64,000 bases of DNA from Gordius albopunctatus (taxonomy: Eukaryota): contig OZ193910.1 of assembly GCA_964276515.1 (NCBI GenBank), forward strand, positions 310,001-374,000, given 5' to 3'. Positions 11,699 through 24,534 of this stretch are shown piece by piece. Below the pieces are notes generated by a model that searched no databases, was not told the DNA's origin, and saw only the letters and a program-made list of their open reading frames with translations. A program made the position numbers and the translations under genes. Each line of letters opens with the position of its first letter. Within the stretch, counting starts at the first letter, position 1.

Positions 11699-14600
11699 TC
11701 AAAGACGAAGTCCAAACCAGCTTGAAAAAGATTTCGATAACAAGGTTTGAGATTTGGCTTTTTCTGCCTGAAGCGCCGCTAATTCTTCTTCCTCTTCCTA
11801 ATGGAACATACGATTCCACGCAAAAAAGAGTTTTAAAAATATTTATTAAAACTTTAAAATAAATATTTTAAAAAGGATATTCTTGTATATTCCCCAATTA
11901 ATGATTTTTACTCTAAGTGCCAGTTGATTTTTTCGGAAAGATTCGACAGGATCGTTCGGTAAGGATCGATAATACCGAATTACATCCCGGACGTCAGATA
12001 CATTGCTCAGGGCTATAGCTAAAGAAATGGGAAAAGAAGTTTCATGAATACAAAGCATGGATTGCTACTAAACATTAAGTAAACTTCATCTACTAGTCAA
12101 CATGGTCGGTTGTGCACCAATGGTGTTTGATAGGGCGATTTGAACAAGCATTTGAAGGGAATGTAAATATCAGGGTAAAAAGCAGAAGTTACAATTGATC
12201 TAGAGTCCGCCAAAATTGCTTTTCATCGGCCTTAATATTTTATTCTGTCCTAACCCGACCCGTGGCAAAAAATTTTATTTAGATTTTGACCCAAATTAGC
12301 AGGTTTTAGGCAAATATTACATTAAAAATTAAAATATTATATAAACTTTTATAAAATTAAATGTTATGAAATACATGTGTAGCTATCTATTTTATAAAGT
12401 ATACTCAAGTATAAATTTAGAATAAAATATTGCGCTTCTAAACAGGTGCCAAGAACAATAGGCCGGTGTTTAAAGAGTTAAATCATAACCTTTTTATAAA
12501 TGGGCTTATCAGCATTTAAAAGTATTATTAAATTGTTCATTGACTAGCGTTTTGTTCGGGCCCGCAGAACCGGGCTTTGGTCGAATTGAGCCGGAAGTGA
12601 AGGTAACTAAGGGTGCGTCTTAATACACGATTTCCAATCTAGGTTAAAAAGGCGAATGCATGTTAAACCTTCGCCGCGTCTTATTACGAGCGTCACGCCA
12701 TTTTTTCTGTTTTTGCTCATAAGACAAACATTTATCCTTTAATTACGCTTATAAATATGCATATTCACATGGTAACTAAACTGAAAATGTTTATTCCACA
12801 TGTGTATCGCATATTTAGAAAAACAAAAATATGGCGGTTTGAAGTTGAATCGTATATTAGGACGGACTCTTTGTAAAACTAGAAGTTAATAACAATCAGA
12901 AGTCTGCATGCATTTGAGTCCCTTGAAAAAATCAATCGACTTACCACATTTCATTTTAACTCTTTTTCCAAAAATTATCATAATTTTATAAAATTTCTCT
13001 CGGTAACGGGTGTAAAAATAAAAACATAGAAGCATCCAAATAAGTGCAAATGGTTCGATAAATAAATAAATTAAAGCGTGGAAGATAAATACTCGTAGAT
13101 TAGCGTATTTCTTTGCATTGACCCCAACTAAGTTTAATTTATGGTGGTTTTAAACTAAAGACGAGTGCCTGGTCAAGGAAAAGTAAAACAATTACTTTTC
13201 TGACTCGCTACAAATTTTAGATAGGGCCGAGAACTACAAACCTTTAATAGCTATTAGAGATCTGCGGGTACGGACGGGCTTCGAAAAGAAAATATTTTAA
13301 AAACAAGTTTAATGAGGGGCTTGGATCTCTTGAAACGACCCGGTGCAGATGACTTAAACCTAAAACTTGGTTATTTCACTCAATTTCAACTTTTCCCATT
13401 TTTGCAAATTTCTAGCTTTAAGACACAAGCATACCTCGCCCCAATCTTTTGATCGATTGATAGAGTGGTTTTATTTATACGGCCAAGACAAAATTGTCAT
13501 TTTTGGTCAATAATTAAAAAAACCGTTAAAAATTCATATTAAAGAACTAACTTCTCAACATTTGAGCCAAATCAATGAGAGTTCTGTCATCATCAGAGCC
13601 ATCCCATTTAGGTATAGCAAGGGCATTATCGGGTTGAAGTTGCACAGATTTTGAATCCCAATCAACCATTATAACTTTGGAAAGATCGCGATTTATGCAA
13701 CCCAAATCCTGTCATTTTAAAAATAAATATATCACAAACATCATGTATAAATTCAAAAATCAAATTTTTTTAAAAGCACAATAACTACCTTAGTCAGGCT
13801 ATATACCTAAAGACATTTAAATGATAGGAGAACTGGCTTTATATAATTACACTAAAGGAAATAAAATTAAACCGTTTATAAATTTAATCAAACTTTAAGT
13901 CAAAGTGTAAAAAGTTGAAAGTGCTATTAAAAAGAAATGTTTAAATTCAAATGATGGAAGTCCTAATAGGATATAGGTTACATTTTGGCAAATTTTAAAG
14001 ATTGTGACAATATCTAATGATTCAAGGACTGAATGGAGTATTCAAGGTTTATAAAAATCACGTTTGGAAAAATGAATCTGCAAATATGGTATTTGTGTTG
14101 TCAGGTAAACATAGAGCAAATCATAAATAAAAAATAACAAAAGAAAACCTTATAGCTTAAAATAGTTTTTAAATCATTCTCTTTAAAGGTGACATAATAT
14201 TTAAAAAAATTAATGTATAATTTGCCTATAAACATATTAAAAAGCTGGTAAATTATTTAGTAGTTGCACAAAGCAATTTAATTTATTGACCCTTTATTAG
14301 GTTTAAGGGTCAATATAAGCCAAAACATATTTTACAATATCATAAAACAATGTTATTAGGTGTAGAAACGTAATCTTTTCCAAAATTTTCTGCATTTTGG
14401 ATCTATAGTTCATATATCAGCCATAGAAACTGGGGTTATAATGGCCATTCAGATGTATATGGAAATTTATACTTTTATTAAGTAAATATATAATAACCTA
14501 CAAAATTATATCAAAATGATTAGTTTCTTTTAATTTGCTCCAAGGAAATTACTTTGACGTGATGACCCTTGAGGTATCTTGTGGCATCCCTAAATAATCT

Positions 14601-15738
14601 GTACATGATATACCCATTGGGATCTAATGTATCAATGACTGGGAAAGCTGTCTAATATATTATTAAATCATAGATTTAGAATTATTAGGAAAAAAAATTA
14701 AATGCTTTTTGAAAATAGTTTATGTATGAACTTTACCCCAAAATATATCATAAGTAACAGTGAATAAATTAAATAAAAATTAGGAAAAATTATTAATAAC
14801 TTACAAAACCTTGTTCTGCTGTATATATCACTACTTCAAATAAGGGTGGGCCTATCTGTTGTAGAAAATAGTCAACTCCTGGTCTTTTTTTAAACCTCCA
14901 TCCTGTACCATACTTAAAAATATAAATACACAAAATGATTAAGTCATTATTCTAAACACATATATTTAAAATAAATATTAGTTCAAAAAAAGCACAAATT
15001 ACTGTCCATTCTGGATGAACTAGCACATCAGTAAGTTCTAGAACTAATGTGTAAGGAGGCTGAAAATATGGTTCTTTTAGTGGATCTGGTAATAATTTTT
15101 CACGTGAAGGCTCTTTAATAATCTATCTAAAATTTATATTTCCAACTAAATATTATACCTTTTCATAATAATTGACCTCTTTCCAAGCTCTTAACAAATA
15201 TGCCTTCCATGTAGGCACTAAAAAGATATATAATTTAATCTATACATATTCATCAAATACTCTCAGTGAATGCATCCACAATCTATATAATTATTATATA
15301 ATCAATGAGGATATATGCTTACAATATTTCCATCTTTATCTTTTTCAGGTGGCCCTATAAAAAAATATTGTTTATTGAATATTTAAGCTTACCAAACAAA
15401 TATATAATACATAAAATTGAACTGCCTAGAAACAACGAAAGAGATAAAAATGAATATTTCATCATTTTGATTCTCCATTCATCTCTTATTCGTTTTTCCT
15501 CTTCATACTTTTCCTTTTCTTCTTTATTTATTATAGGAGTTGAAAGATTACTAAGTATGGCAGATTTAAGATTTAATGATTGGTCTAGGTGTTTATTGGT
15601 TGAATTTGAGTAAAATTTATAAAAAGATATAGGTAATGCATGATTATGTATCCTGCTACACAAACTTCCGGACACTTCTATTTTTATTAATCTACTAACT
15701 TTGCCTAATCTATTATACAACAAAGATAAGGAAGTCAT
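11699..15738 (-). CDS. TIMM50: Mitochondrial import inner membrane translocase subunit TIM50, 10 exons, about 382 aa
   Basis: Exons 15738-15393, 15354-15323, 15282-15261, 15217-15159, 15122-15003, 14912-14805, 14651-14553, 13708-13552, 12018-11912, 11797-11699 join in frame with GT-AG introns. Motifs [57 protein letters not shown]; presequence and one TM helix. Confidence 0.96.
12611..12869. mobile_element. PIF/Harbinger-like MITE in TIM50 intron 8
   Basis: Imperfect 22-bp TIRs GGGTGCGTCTTAATACACGATT / AATCGTATATTAGGACGGACTC, preceded by TAA; TIR resembles that of 36795-37156. Confidence 0.5.
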
Positions 15739-17059
15739 AAATCTTTTATTTTTAAAAGTATGCTATATCTCAGCTGGTATTAGGTTGGCACCTATTTGGT
15801 ACCTAAGCAAAGGAAATGATTGAAAAAAAACTAATTGCCGCTATGTAGCCTAAGTAGGGCTTAACCATTTCTCTCAATGGATTTCAACATGTCCTATTAT
15901 TAAAAGTGTGTATACCGGATCTTATATATACTCGGCAACAGGTTAATTAAACTTCTCTATACTATTCATGTTATTGAAGACTCTCAAGGAATGATATTTA
16001 AAAGAAAATGCTTTTAAGGTGACAGCATTTCATTCATGTCAAATATTAACTCAGCCACTGTCTAAGTCTCAAATTAAGTGATTGTACCTCTATATTGTCA
16101 TTATGAAAAATATAATATGAGAAAGCCATACAGCTTTGTGACACCCAGTCCTCTATTGGTTAAATTAAAAATAGATCTGATACATACCTCAAATTTTTTG
16201 AAAACCTAATTAATACACAATAACCATATCACAAATACGCTATATACATAGACCGATTATCTATATCATTGATGTACCGATAAGTTCTAGCCTATACAAA
16301 TTCACAATATCAATCGTTTTAACCATATACATGGACATTTATCTTTGTGACACTATATAAACTTGCCTAAAATCCATCCCCCCTCTCAAAGTGAGGGAGA
16401 GGGTGGAAAATGGAACAAAAAGGGGGGGTGGAAGTTCTTAATTTATTTATGATTATTGTAAGTTATTAATTAATTTGTTTAAATTTAAATTGTATTTAAG
16501 TAATTAAATTGATCGTCTGCGGGAGATGCCCGTGTTGTATGCGCTTAATTAATTTTTTAAATTTTAAGATGTATTAAAGTAAGCAAATTTATCGCCTGCG
16601 GGAGATGCCAAATTTCTTGTTGGTTTAATGAAGCTAATTAGAAGCAGACTAATATGAAAAAGGCATTTCTCATGCAAATTGAGATGTGCAGTACATAGAC
16701 CTATATTAAGGTTAAGGTCATCCCTCATGCAAATTAAAAAGGTAGTACATCGACAACATACCTTCATCTTTACCCAACAATTCATAATTAATTTTTTCCC
16801 AACTTAGTAAGTCGTGTTTTTCTCCCCGATCTCCGCACTCAATATCACCCTTACCAACGCATTTATTAGTCCTTTTATTTATATTATCGCGGAAGTTTGT
16901 GTTCTCCGCCAATTGTTGAAAAATATATTGGATTGGTGAGTTTGTATCGATTAGACATTAATAAACCAGTTTACATTCTTTTGTCAACAGTGTCCGAATA
17001 TGAAATTGATATATGATAATAATAAATTTTTAAAGTCACTAACTCGTAGCAATTGCTTC

Positions 17060-17277
17060 TAATAACTCTGCTATCTGCTCGAGTTTCTTCTCTGGCAATC
17101 TGCTCAATGCTCGAACACATTTTGCTGCTTCGACTTGCCGCTCAAGCATTTTAATAAGCTACTGTTCTGATTAGTGCACCGAACGGCAAGCACAGCTTGT
17201 TCTAATGCGCATATTAAACAACTCAGTGTGCGTGTTCGCGTCTGGAGTTGAAGCAAGTTAGCAATTTAACAACTCTA
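17060..17277. mobile_element. hAT MITE family B, partial copy
   Basis: Aligns by eye with 32158-32360 and keeps the right TIR AGCAATTTAACAACTCTA; left TIR missing. Confidence 0.75.
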
Positions 17278-17599
17278 GACACTAGATCTTTTGAGAACAG
17301 GATACAGGAATTGCGGAAAGAATTTTCCTCTTGGATATTCATGCTTCCTTAACAAGCGCATCAAGTAGTATACGACAGGATATGATTTTATTTATCAATT
17401 CTAGCGGCAGTGAGGCGGAATCAGCGGCACCTCCGACTAACAGCCATTGAATGTGTAATATAATTAATAGCCTTAAATCGAATACGTTCGCCAAGCACTT
17501 ATATTAAAACATACGTTCAGCCGGTGGCTCGTATGATTCGTTAAATCAGCCTAAAGCTTTGGAAATCCACCTTCGTTAAACTCTATCCCCGTCCGTTTG

Positions 17600-19950
17600 T
17601 TACAGTATTGGACATCTATAAAGAGTTCACCAAAAATTTCAAAAGACCTCCCCCGCTCTCGATTGATACACTCACATCATGCATATCGGAAATTGTTAAT
17701 ACTATAAAATCCCTTAAATCACATAAAGTGGCTGACATATCAGGGCTGACTGTAGAAGCTCTTAAAACGGACTCCCGCATGTCCGGAAAAATTCTTCACC
17801 GCGTTTCTATAAAGTCTGGGAAAAGCAGGAGTTGCCAGATAATTGTCATTGGGTACATTATTAAACTATTTGAAATAGGAGACTGCTCCGATTCGAACAA
17901 CTATTGCGGTGTGACAAAAATTATCTGGGGTCAAAACATTTTATTAAGGTGTTATACAATATTCTTTACAATCAGATCGACGCAACCCTCAGGCATAATC
18001 AGGCGGAGCTTAGGAGGTGTCGTAAACCACGGAAAATATCATCACGTTAAGAAATATAATGGATGTTTCGAGTACTAGTGGAACTCCTCAAGTTCTTGTG
18101 TTCTCAGATATTTCCAAAGCTCTCGACTCTGTTCAACACACAAGAAATTTTTTTTTTCTATAGCTGTTTGTCACATTTAGTGATCAGCTCCTTTAAGTAG
18201 AGTATTCCTGCAGTTACACCAGCTTCGCTTTAGCTCGTACCTTCTCAAATCCATATCTGTTCTATGCTTCCATGTCAGTTTAGGCCTCCCTCTCTTTCGC
18301 TTACCTTCGATTTGCACTTTTTTGATACGATTTACCAAGTTACTTTCCTCCCGTCTCTCCAAATGGCCATACCATCTCAATCTTCTTACCACCAACTTTC
18401 TCTGAATCGGAACTACACTTAGTTTATCCCTTATGTCATGATTCCTTATATGGTCCTTTTAACTTATTCCCAAGATCCATCTTAATATTCGCATCTCCAT
18501 TGTAGCCAAGCTTTGCTCCTCTTTTGCCCTAATTGCCCAGGTTTCCGCTCCATACAATACCGTGGATACAATAACGGTATTATATAACCATCCTTTCAAT
18601 TTGAGTGGTATGTGCTTGTCACATAGGACACCACTCAACTCCCTGAATTTTAGCCAGCCTGCGTTTATTCTTGCATTAATTTTGTTTTCCACACCTGCAT
18701 CACATTGTACCCTAGAACTAAGATATTTGAATTCTTTCCTGCTGCTTAAACACGACTCATAGATTTACAGGTGTGTTTCTTTGTATTCATTCCCCGACTC
18801 CAAGCTTACATATTCAGTTTTATCTCGACCCTATCACCTTTGCTTTCAATTCTTTCCATCCAAACTTTTACCTGCTCTGATAATTCCACGTTTGCGCCTG
18901 CGCACAGGACGATATTATCCGTAAGGAGCATTGCCCAAGGTGATTCGCGTTTCAGCTCCTTCGTTATTGAATTCATTATTGTTATGAAGAACAATGAACT
19001 TAGTGCCGATCCTTGATTCACACCAACATTTAGACTGAATCCCTTTGATTTACCACTGGATGTCCGAAGAAAATAATGAATGATTTTTCTAATATACGAG
19101 AACATGAAGGTAGTCGTCTCCCACCTTCACCATATATCTGATTCTGAAAAAATTTCGGTAACGACGAGTCAGACAAGGCTGTTCATTTTTCCCCCTTCAA
19201 TGGCGATGGATCTGATAAGGCAAAAATTAATATTTGCTTCAGATGGCATTAAATTATACGGGACTATGGTATCGTTGCTGATGACATATATCTGGTGGCA
19301 ACCTCTATACAGAAGGCCCAATCTATGGTGGATATATTCTTCATTCAGGCCAAACAAGCTGGATTTTTTATAAATGTCGAAAAATGCAGGATGCTTACAT
19401 AAATCATTTCCTGAAATGAAAAGTTATATCAACAACAACCGAATTACTGTATCTCAGAAAGTTCGATACTTGGGAGTAGACCTCACTTCGAACATCCACG
19501 CCAAGACTGATGTGTAGTCAGAAATGCAACAGACCCTTGGTAAATTTCACTCTTGCTCTGCAATATGAAGATCCCGTTATTTGACGCTTCCTAGGCGACT
19601 CAGAATCTTCATTGTAACTATAAGGATTCTACCAGTTCTTTACTGTTGCGAATCTTGGTCTTTCAAAGTACCCAACTATAAAAATTTCAAGTTAACGTGA
19701 ACAAGATGCTGCGCATTGTTTGTAGAATTTTTTAACTCAACAGAATATCAAACAAAAATCTGTGGATACAATGCAAAACTCTCCACATAAAGAATAGAAT
19801 TTCAGCGATGAAATGAGGCTTCTTAATTACTATCTGTTTCTGTTTTGGCGTCCTCTTTTATTAAAGGGTCGCACGTGCAATGGCAGTTGGATTTCAAAGT
19901 ATTCCGCGATATGCAAGCACTTGGCAAGGATTGGACCTTATTTAAAGCTA
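17600..19950 (+). pseudogene. Degraded RTE-like LINE RT, interrupted by a second element
   Basis: RT motifs in order on +: NNYCGV, FSDISKALDSVQH (about 18100-18140), then after the interruption VRQGC (about 19168), ADDI (about 19277), RYLGVDL (about 19465), VLYCCESW. Confidence 0.75.
18148..19070 (-). mobile_element. RTE-clade retrotransposon, 5'-truncated and frameshifted
   Basis: VGVNQGSALSS, KYLSS, INARINAGWLKFRELSGVLCD, VLYGAETW, RRLRWYGHL, RKRGRPKLTW; poly(A) seen as a T10 run at 18148-18157. Confidence 0.92.
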
Positions 19951-20869
19951 TTATGCATGACTGAAAACCATGGAAAAAATTCTCTGATACCCAAATTTCT
20001 CGTCTCCCTCACTAATTCGGATTTATCTCTCAAATATAATGATTCATGATCAATGGTCTTTACCACAAGCTTAAGGTACATTAAAATAATATTATGCATA
20101 TATACACTGCATAATAACCAAATTTGTTGAATTGCCCACGTTAGTAATAAAGTGGCCTTATGCACCATTTGGCGTAATAGGGGGGCTCAACCTTAAATTG
20201 CACTTACTAAGCTCTTTGGGGCAAAAACTTAGTTTAAAACGCTACAATTATTATATTATAATGTAAAAAAAGCATTATAAAGTAATATGTCTTAATCTTC
20301 TTTTTTTAAAAGAGAACAAGAATCTAAAAGAGATTTTTAATTAAATTATGCGATTAAAATTGCTATTGATTGTTTTAATAAAATTACGGGGAAATATTTA
20401 GAGTGTCTTCCTATTTCCTTGAATAGAACCAAAATTTTTCCATAAGATCCTTGACATGAGAAAACTATTGGGATAGAAATAATAGAAGCCAAGAAGACAT
20501 TGAATTTTTTGAGTTTACGTTTTTCGGCGAGGGCCATGGGGTTATAGTTAAGATTAGAGGGGGGCAAACAAGTCGATGCATGAGAAGTCCCATTTTAAAA
20601 GGTGATTTTCCCATGGAATAGTGAGTAACCGCCAGGACGCAATCGACCTTCAAAGGAAAGATATGACGGTTCATATGAATGAAATTTGGGCCTTTTAAAG
20701 GGCTGATTGGATAATGGCAATGATTTTAGGGTGTCGCAAGTGTATACATTTATTAAGCCTACACTGTAACAGGGGGCGTGCTGCTTTATCAACTGGCAGG
20801 TTGCAATATTTACAGGCATATGCTATGGTATGGTTTAATTGTACGCTAGCTCGCCATCCTATACCATCA

Positions 20870-21330
20870 TATTGAAAAACTTGCTCTGATAGGCCTCAAA
20901 CCATTCCAAGATTATTAAGCACCAATGATCTAAGGTTGTAATATTGTTTGATTTCGCATCTTAAAAGGAGATAGGCAAGAGCGCCGAACCAAATAAGCAT
21001 CGCAATCCTTTTTATTAGTTATTTTGGTCAAGGTTTTGGGATAAAATTTTAATTACGTAAAGATAGGGACTGTAAGAATGTTTCATCGAGGAAATATTGG
21101 ATCAATTTAGGGGCCATAGATTATAAGAATAAGTGGGAGAATATGAATATATCCAGTGATCAGGAGCTGGGCGAACGAATTCTCAGGTGCTCTGATTTTG
21201 CTGGTAATGTAGCTTTTAGCCAGAAATTACACTACATCCGACTTTTATATTTTAAGGCTAGGGACTTTTATGTTTTAGGTCTAGAAAGCTTGGGGAAGAT
21301 AGAAGTTGATCCGGCCTGACTTTTATAAAA
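20870..21330 (+). pseudogene. Highly decayed LINE RT fragment
   Basis: Eroded motifs KGDRQE (cf. KGVRQG) near 20964 and DFAGNVA (cf. DFADDVA) near 21195, in the expected order and spacing. Confidence 0.35.
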
Positions 21331-21623
21331 TTTCCTTCTGGGAGTTATACTTTCAAAAACACCCTTATTGCTCCAATACGATATAAATTTTGTGATGACG
21401 GGACGCGTTCAATGACAAATATAATACTTTTATCTCTTTAATAGTTTAGAGGTGAATATACGATATGGGCTGTATTATTTCCCGATCACAAGGGAGGGTC
21501 TTTAGGGGAAATATTGGGATGTTACCAGGTTTCTACGCGCAAGTTCTGTATTCCACGTTCTGGTAAAAAGGTTCTGGAGAAATACGTTAGACGGTTCTCG
21601 AAGGTTGCTTATCGATCGCATCT

Positions 21624-22511
21624 ATTAATTACTATGCAATTTATGGGCTCGTTTTTTGTTGTCCGTCCGTCCGTTGTCCGTTACCCTCCAATTTATTTAC
21701 ACCAGCTTCCCGACCTGGAGGTTCGTGTTCAATCCCGGGAGAGGACAATTTTTTTTAAATTTTTTAAATTAAATTTATATTTTGTTCTTGTTAATACCAT
21801 TGATAATATAACTTTTTGACGGTCCGCTGGCTGTTGACCAATAAAAAAAATGACCATTGGCCAAATAAATCGAAATTTTTTTATTCGTTTTTGAATTGGG
21901 TAATAACAATGATAATCACCCTATGCCCTCCACTACAAGGGCCTATGCCTCTACTGATATGGGTCCCTGTGCTCCTACAAAGGCTTATGCCTCTATTAAT
22001 GTGGGTTCGAATCCCGGCGAACGTTCTGAATTGCTGGTTCGAGACCCGGAGAGGACAATAATTTTTTTTAAATAAAATTAATATATTTTTCTTGTTAATA
22101 CATTGATAATATGACTTTTTAACAGTGTTCTGGCAACTTAGCATTGAAAAAAATGACCATTGGCCAATTTGTTTACGATTTTTTTTTCGTTTTGTAAATT
22201 GGTAAACATTGATAATTACCCTATGCCCTCCCCTACAAGGGCGTATGCCTCTACTGATATGTGTCCCTGTGCCCCTACAAAGGCTTATACCTCTACTGAT
22301 GTGGGTTCGAATCCCGGAGAGGGCATTTTTTTTAATTAAATGGAAAATTTGTATAAATAATTAACTAATCATTTTGCATTTAATACCCCCTTATAGGCGT
22401 TCTCGCCCCTTCCCACCTTTCTCGCCCATAAATTGCATAGCAAATATGTTACGTTTATACGCAGTATAGATGAGTCGTTCCCCCTTCCCACGAGGGCCGA
22501 AGGCCCGAGTT
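21624..22511 (+). mobile_element. Helentron-associated (HINE/DINE-1-like) element, copy 2
   Basis: About 22-bp inverted repeat (21627-21648 / 22424-22445), (GTCC)n microsatellite, about 300-bp internal tandem duplication, terminal stem-loop GGGCC-GAA-GGCCC (22494-22506) followed by a T run. A further 5' fragment lies at about 4311-4370. Confidence 0.75.
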
Positions 22512-22514
22512 TTC

Positions 22515-23190
22515 TTATTCTCTATTGGTCTAATGGTGCCACCTTCAATAATGTGACCCAAATACTCTGCTTTATTGACATTAAAAACACACTTGTCTGT
22601 AAAAACTTTTAGCCCATTATTATCAATAAGGAGTTAGACTTGTCTTAATTTATAATCATGTTCCGCATGAGTTTTTCCCGCAACCAATAGATCATCAATA
22701 ATAAAGAGTACAAGGCGGAAGATTGGAGCAGAAATACTTAATCCAAAAGGTAACCTCAAAATGTAAATAGACCTAAATGTGTGTTTATAGCTAGAGATTG
22801 ACTCATCTCATTCAATACTCGTTACTGCAAATAAGCTGCGACAAAATCTAATTTAGAGAAGTATTTACACCATTAAACTTCACCAAAATCTGGTCTAACA
22901 CCGCAATGGAAATTTAAGCCTATTAATATAAGGATTCTTCAGAGTAATACGAAACCTACCATCGGCTTTTCTTACAGGTACTTGGGGCATCATGACCCAA
23001 TTACTTAATGGTACAGGATTTGTTATTCCTTCTCTAATTTCTTGTTTAACTTCTACTCTATTTCTAGCTGGCAAGATTTAGATTTCACGCCTGGCTTTAT
23101 TTTCATGATTGCCTCATAATTCCTTAAATATCCCTATTCTTTATTAAAAATTCTTGGGAACTCTGTACAAAGCTTACACTTTCCGCGCCT
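22515..23190 (-). pseudogene. Ty3/Gypsy LTR-retrotransposon RT relic
   Basis: Minus-strand translation: VPVRKADGRFRI, YFSKLDFVAAYLQ, AINTHLGLF, RLPFGL, IDDLLVAGKTHAEH, KCVF, EYLGHII; stops and frameshifts present; not in the ORF track. Confidence 0.88.
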
Positions 23191-23524
23191 ATATAGGCTT
23201 GAAGGACTAATTCTATGGTTATTATTAAAACATTAAACGCTTCCAGCTTATTTTCATTTATCAAACCAATCAATCTCAATATCCAGTCTCAAGCCAAAAT
23301 ATTATTAGCCTTTAGATCTGATATATATAATATTAAATTTTTAATAATATTTAGAGTCACACCTATATATAACATGGGTGGTTTTAATTTTAAAATTTGT
23401 TGTTCTAAATTGTTCAATTTTCCACAGACATACTAATATTTATATTGCAGAAAATTAAATCTTCGACAATTAGGAAGACATACAGGCAACAATAAATAAA
23501 TATAAATAATTAAAAAGTGTATTT

Positions 23525-24534
23525 TCAACTGTTAGATTTTTCATAAAGTGAATTAATGGAAGGTTCGAGCATTTCAAACAGATATGCATGAACATTTTTG
23601 CGCAGAGCTATATCCTTTGCTGTATCACCTTGTGGAGTTTTTATTCTAGGATCAAGGGCTGGATGTAATAAAAGAATTTCTAATGTTTCCCTCGACCCAT
23701 TATTTTGGCAAGCTAAATGGAGTGGTGTTAAACCTCCATGAGTCAAGGCATTGATTATATGACACCTTGGAGCTTTGATATTTAATGATAAATCATTATT
23801 ATCATATAATAATTTTATTTATATGAATAAATATCTGATATTAAATGATAATTTAATTTATGAAGCAGCAATAAACATGTTTTATTTTATGTTTAACAAA
23901 TAGAGAGTAAAAAAGTATTTATTTAAATCAATAGATTTATACCTTGAGAGGGTGTAGGATGAGTTGTTTGAATAGCTGTTGAAGCATTGAGTAATAAGGA
24001 AAGACATTCATGATTAGACCAAAAGCATGCACAATGTATAGGCTCCCAACCATCATTTGTCTTAGCTCGTATATTTGCTCCATGCACTATCAAATACTAA
24101 TATTTTTAATATACATAATACTTTTGTAATAATAGATATCTTTTTACAAGTCATATATGAGATACCTTCACAACTTCATTATGACCATTATAGCAGGCCC
24201 TATGCAAAGGAGTATATCCATCCTCATCAAAAGTATTATTGATCAATGTCTGATCTTGTTTAGGATCTTCTAATATTTCTTTCAAAATATCTATCCTGTT
24301 ATTTTGGGCAGCCCATAATAAACGTCTCTTAATAAATATAGCAGAAACTAACATTCTATATACCTTAACTGAGACTATATCATAGGGATCAAATACTGGT
24401 TCAACAACACTATCTTCCATACATTCATCAAATGTTCCAAAATCTGATATACCCATGTCAGATAAGTTAGATTTCTTTATTCGCACAAACTCTTCATTGA
24501 TACTCGACCCAAATTCGGAATTTTGCTCCTCCAT
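23525..24534 (-). CDS. ANKRD49: Ankyrin repeat domain-containing protein 49, 4 exons, about 244 aa
   Basis: Exons 24534-24364, 24327-24166, 24096-23943, 23772-23525; LLWAAQNN, DEDGYTPLHRACYNGH, TNDGWEPIHCACFW and GGLTPLHLAC match the ANKRD49 repeat series. Confidence 0.88.

Noticed and set aside
14285..14316. Small intronic hairpins (also 46530-46558 and 48566-48629)
   Set aside because: Short AT-rich stems or transposon-end remnants; too short for a miRNA or snoRNA call.
15020..15050. TIM50 lacks the DxDxT phosphatase motif (LELTDVL)
   Set aside because: Degeneracy of this motif is normal for TIM50 orthologues.
16512..16912. Direct repeat ATCG(T/C)CTGCGGGAGATGCC and adjacent short ORFs
   Set aside because: Probably a TE remnant, but no termini, TSD or protein motif could be assigned.
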